64,000 bases of DNA, from positions 68 to 64,067 of the forward strand of contig DASZRP010000254.1 in assembly GCA_035548895.1 (NCBI GenBank), read 5' to 3'. The translations under genes and the position numbers were made by a program. The stretch's first letter is position 1; each line of letters starts with the position of its first letter. The notes below the pieces were generated by a model that had not been told where the DNA came from, did no database searches, and worked only from the letters and a program-made list of their open reading frames with translations. Of the stretch, positions 61,134 through 64,000 are shown piece by piece. The stretch comes from Puia sp. (GTDB taxonomy: Bacteria; Bacteroidota; Bacteroidia; Chitinophagales; Chitinophagaceae).

Positions 61134-62174
61134 ATGAACAAGCCAGCCTGCATCGTCATTATTCCTGCTTATAATCCACCGGACGGCAGCTTGCTTTCAC
61201 TCGTCACTGATTTGAAAGCAGGCGGTGTTGAACAATTGATCGTCGTGAATGACGGCAGTAGCGGCCATGAAGCCTTGTTTGAAGAGCTCGAAAAAGATTC
61301 CTCCTGTATCGTTCTCCACCATGCCGTGAACCTGGGCAAGGGAAGAGCCCTGAAAACGGCATTCAACCACATATTAAAATACTTTCCGGAAACCAGGCAT
61401 GTAGTAACGGCCGATGCCGATGGACAGCATGCCCCCGAAGATATTGTCCGGATCATCCGGACAACAGCAGAAGACCCGTCCGGGTTTTTTATCGGCGTCC
61501 GTTCCTTTGGGCCTGATGTTCCACTCAGAAGCCGGTTTGGCAATATTCTTACCCGTTATATTTTCCGCTTCCTCATCGGACTCAGGTTGTCGGATACCCA
61601 AAGTGGCTTGCGTGCAATTCCCAAAAGCCTTTTGCCGGCCCTCCTCAAGGAAGCCGGGGAAGCCTATGAGTTCGAACTGGCCATGCTGATCCTCGTCAAG
61701 CATGCCCGCATTAAAGTACATGAGTTGCCAATAAAGACTGTCTATCTGAACCGCAATGAGTCGTCTAAATTCAACCCCTTCATCGATTCGATGAAAATCT
61801 ACTTCGTCTTCTTCCGGTTCATTCTTTCTTCTCTTTTTGTTACCGGCATCGACTTTGCCGTATTCCTGACAGTTTATTCCTTTTCAAAGAACATTCTTAT
61901 CTCGCTAATTTTTTCAAGGATCATCTCCTCGGCGATCAATTTCTTCGTCAATCTAAAATTCGTGTTTCACCGAAGCAGGAATGTAGCGGCTTCTGCATTC
62001 AAATATTACCTTTTAGTTGCCCTGGTGGCTCTCTTGTCATATTTGTTGATCTCCCTGTTCCATAAAAACGGAGTCGGCATCGCGTTAGCCAAAATAATCG
62101 CGGAAACCATTCTCTTCTTTGTCAGTTTTACTTTGCAGCGCGACTTTGTATTCAACGACCTGAAAGATGAATGA
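61134..62174 (+). CDS. Bifunctional GT2 / GtrA-family protein
   Basis: IPAYNP, VNDGS, N.GKG.ALK, DADGQH, DTQSGLR, followed by a 4-TM GtrA domain (F.RF..SS...ID, NF..N..FVF). Confidence 0.88.
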   Translation: MNKPACIVIIPAYNPPDGSLLSLVTDLKAGGVEQLIVVNDGSSGHEALFEELEKDSSCIVLHHAVNLGKGRALKTAFNHILKYFPETRHVVTADADGQHAPEDIVRIIRTTAEDPSGFFIGVRSFGPDVPLRSRFGNILTRYIFRFLIGLRLSDTQSGLRAIPKSLLPALLKEAGEAYEFELAMLILVKHARIKVHELPIKTVYLNRNESSKFNPFIDSMKIYFVFFRFILSSLFVTGIDFAVFLTVYSFSKNILISLIFSRIISSAINFFVNLKFVFHRSRNVAASAFKYYLLVALVALLSYLLISLFHKNGVGIALAKIIAETILFFVSFTLQRDFVFNDLKDE

Positions 62175-62351
62175 GGGCTTTTGCCGCTCTCCAAACCGCT
62201 TCCAGGACACAGATTAAAATCGGCAGCCTGTTTCGGGAAAAGTTCCTACGGGTTTACCCTTACTCACTATAAATGAATGGGTTATGATTCAATAATATCC
62301 TGTTTTATCCGTTGATCTGAAGGCATGCTGAAATTCCAGAAATCCGGATTT

Positions 62352-64000
62352 ATGAAAAACCACAAGATCTGTCTGTTGCCAATTTCATGTCTTTTTCTTT
62401 TTTCAGTTTCTTCATTTGCTGCTAACCGTTACTGGACGGGGCTGGTGGCGGGCAATTGGAACAGCACCCTGAACTGGTCTGCCAGTTCCGGCGGCGTGAT
62501 TCCGGCCAGTGTGCCCGGCATCAACGATATCGCTATTTTCGATGGCGGCCCACTCGGTCTGCGCGACGGCAATTGCACCATCAATGCCAATGTGAGTGTC
62601 GCCGGCATCAGGGTCAGCTCAGACTATGACGGAACGATCAGTCAGGGTAGTTACACGATTACCGTGTCTGGCGATGCCGGCTTTGGCGGAGGCAGTTTCA
62701 CCGGAGGCAATGCTGCTATTAGGATCGGCGGGACTTTCACTCTTTCTGCAACCAGCTTTACTTCCACCTCAGCCACGATGGAATTAGACGGCGATGCAGC
62801 TTTTACCGGAGGCAGCTTCGCCGCCAATAATGGCCTGGTGAAATTCGGCGGAGCGGCAGCGCAAGCTATCTCCGGAACCATACCTGCGTTTTATAACCTG
62901 GAATTTCAGAATTCAGGCAGCGGCGTCACCCTGATGAATACAGTCAGCGTCACCGCTGGTCTTACGATGATGCAAGGCAATATCAACCTGAACGGAAATG
63001 CATTTATACTCGGCAGTTCGGCATCGGGCACAGGAACACTCTTTTATACTTCGGGCAGTATGTACGGCGCCGGATCCTTCACCCGCTGGTTCAATACCAC
63101 AGCGATTGCCGACGGTTCAACCGCCGGCCTCTTTCCCATGGGTACGGCTACTGAAGACAGGCCATTCTATATATCCGACCCGCTGGCTCCGGCCAGCAGC
63201 AGCGGTACCATCACCGTGTCGTATGCGGATGCAGTGACCAATACTATCCTGCCAGGCTATTATGACGGGATCTTTCCCATCGTGGTGAGAAAGAACCTGT
63301 ACTGGACCCTCAGTACCGGAAACGGGCTGAGCGGTGGAACGTATAATCTCGATGCGCGCGGATCGGGTCTTGGAATCGTTGGAAACGTCAACGATCTGCG
63401 CATCACGCTCGCGAATGGCGTTGCCGGTTCACCCGGTGGCAATAGCGGCAGCGTTGGAGATCCACAGATCAATCGAACAGGACTCACTATGAGCAATCTA
63501 AATAATTCCTTTTATGTGGCTTCGGTAAATATCACCAGCAGCCCGCTGCCGGTAACCTTTCTGTCTTTCTCTGCCCTGCCTGCCGGCAACCAGGTAGTGC
63601 TAACCTGGTCGACTACGTCAGAGATCAACAACAGTCATTTCATCGTCCAGCGCTCAAAAGATGCAGAACATTGGGAAAACATGAAAGATATCCCCGGTGT
63701 GAACAACAATGAAACCATACAGTCGTACAGCACCAACGACCTTTCGCCTTATCGGCACAACAATTACTACCGCCTGGAACAGGTGGACATGGATGGCAGG
63801 CAAACTTATTCGGAGACCCGGAAGGTGGACATGGAAGGACAGCTTCCGGTCGTCTCCGTATATCCCAATCCGACGACAGGGTTGCTTACCATATTATTTT
63901 CACGGGAAGGCTCATACGAAATAAACTTCTTTACCAGCAGCGGACAAGCCGTTGGTCGCAATTTCAGCGGCCAGGGCAACCGTGTCCAACTGAATATCTC
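62352..64000 (+). CDS. T9SS type A sorting-domain protein, 3'-partial (absent from the ORF track)
   Basis: ATG 62352 gives MKNHKICLLPISCLFLFSVSSFA/ANRYWTG..NW...NWS, a G/S/T-rich body, PLPVTFLSF (63543), YYRLEQVD.DG and YPNP (63861), all in one frame; no stop seen before the window edge. Confidence 0.88.
   Translation, partial: MKNHKICLLPISCLFLFSVSSFAANRYWTGLVAGNWNSTLNWSASSGGVIPASVPGINDIAIFDGGPLGLRDGNCTINANVSVAGIRVSSDYDGTISQGSYTITVSGDAGFGGGSFTGGNAAIRIGGTFTLSATSFTSTSATMELDGDAAFTGGSFAANNGLVKFGGAAAQAISGTIPAFYNLEFQNSGSGVTLMNTVSVTAGLTMMQGNINLNGNAFILGSSASGTGTLFYTSGSMYGAGSFTRWFNTTAIADGSTAGLFPMGTATEDRPFYISDPLAPASSSGTITVSYADAVTNTILPGYYDGIFPIVVRKNLYWTLSTGNGLSGGTYNLDARGSGLGIVGNVNDLRITLANGVAGSPGGNSGSVGDPQINRTGLTMSNLNNSFYVASVNITSSPLPVTFLSFSALPAGNQVVLTWSTTSEINNSHFIVQRSKDAEHWENMKDIPGVNNNETIQSYSTNDLSPYRHNNYYRLEQVDMDGRQTYSETRKVDMEGQLPVVSVYPNPTTGLLTILFSREGSYEINFFTSSGQAVGRNFSGQGNRVQLNI

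Noticed and set aside
1-64000. tRNA, rRNA, CRISPR array, prophage, IS or defence-system genes
   Set aside because: None recognised. Intergenic gaps are all under about 260 bp and no ORF shows integrase, transposase, Cas or phage motifs.

Overview
Gene-dense, mostly core-genome segment of a Bacteroidota genome, most like Chitinophagaceae. The assignment rests on gldC, two T9SS C-terminal-domain cargo proteins, DUF4290-murA-gmk, a short LID-less adk and repeated TAnnTTTG -7 promoter boxes. About 55 CDSs are supported, with partial genes at both ends: a GH63-like glucosidase on the left and a T9SS cargo protein on the right that the ORF track misses. No rRNA, tRNA, CRISPR array, transposase or integrase was seen. 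Main observations: (1) a small palindromic element family, with one copy in a 5' UTR and one apparently sitting in frame in the first codons of a TIGR02757 gene; (2) a second small repeat family placed directly after stop codons; (3) a terminator-like hairpin at the predicted transcription start of a T9SS cargo gene, a candidate attenuator; (4) an active rhomboid paired with one that has lost both catalytic residues; (5) kdsB-ROK-kdnB without kdnA; (6) a TolC/MFP operon with two paralogous RND permeases; (7) a stand-alone lipoprotein NirK with a Met-rich loop next to a truncated hydrolase; (8) a GT-C plus GT2-GtrA glycosylation module. All family assignments come from motif recognition and memory, not from database searches.
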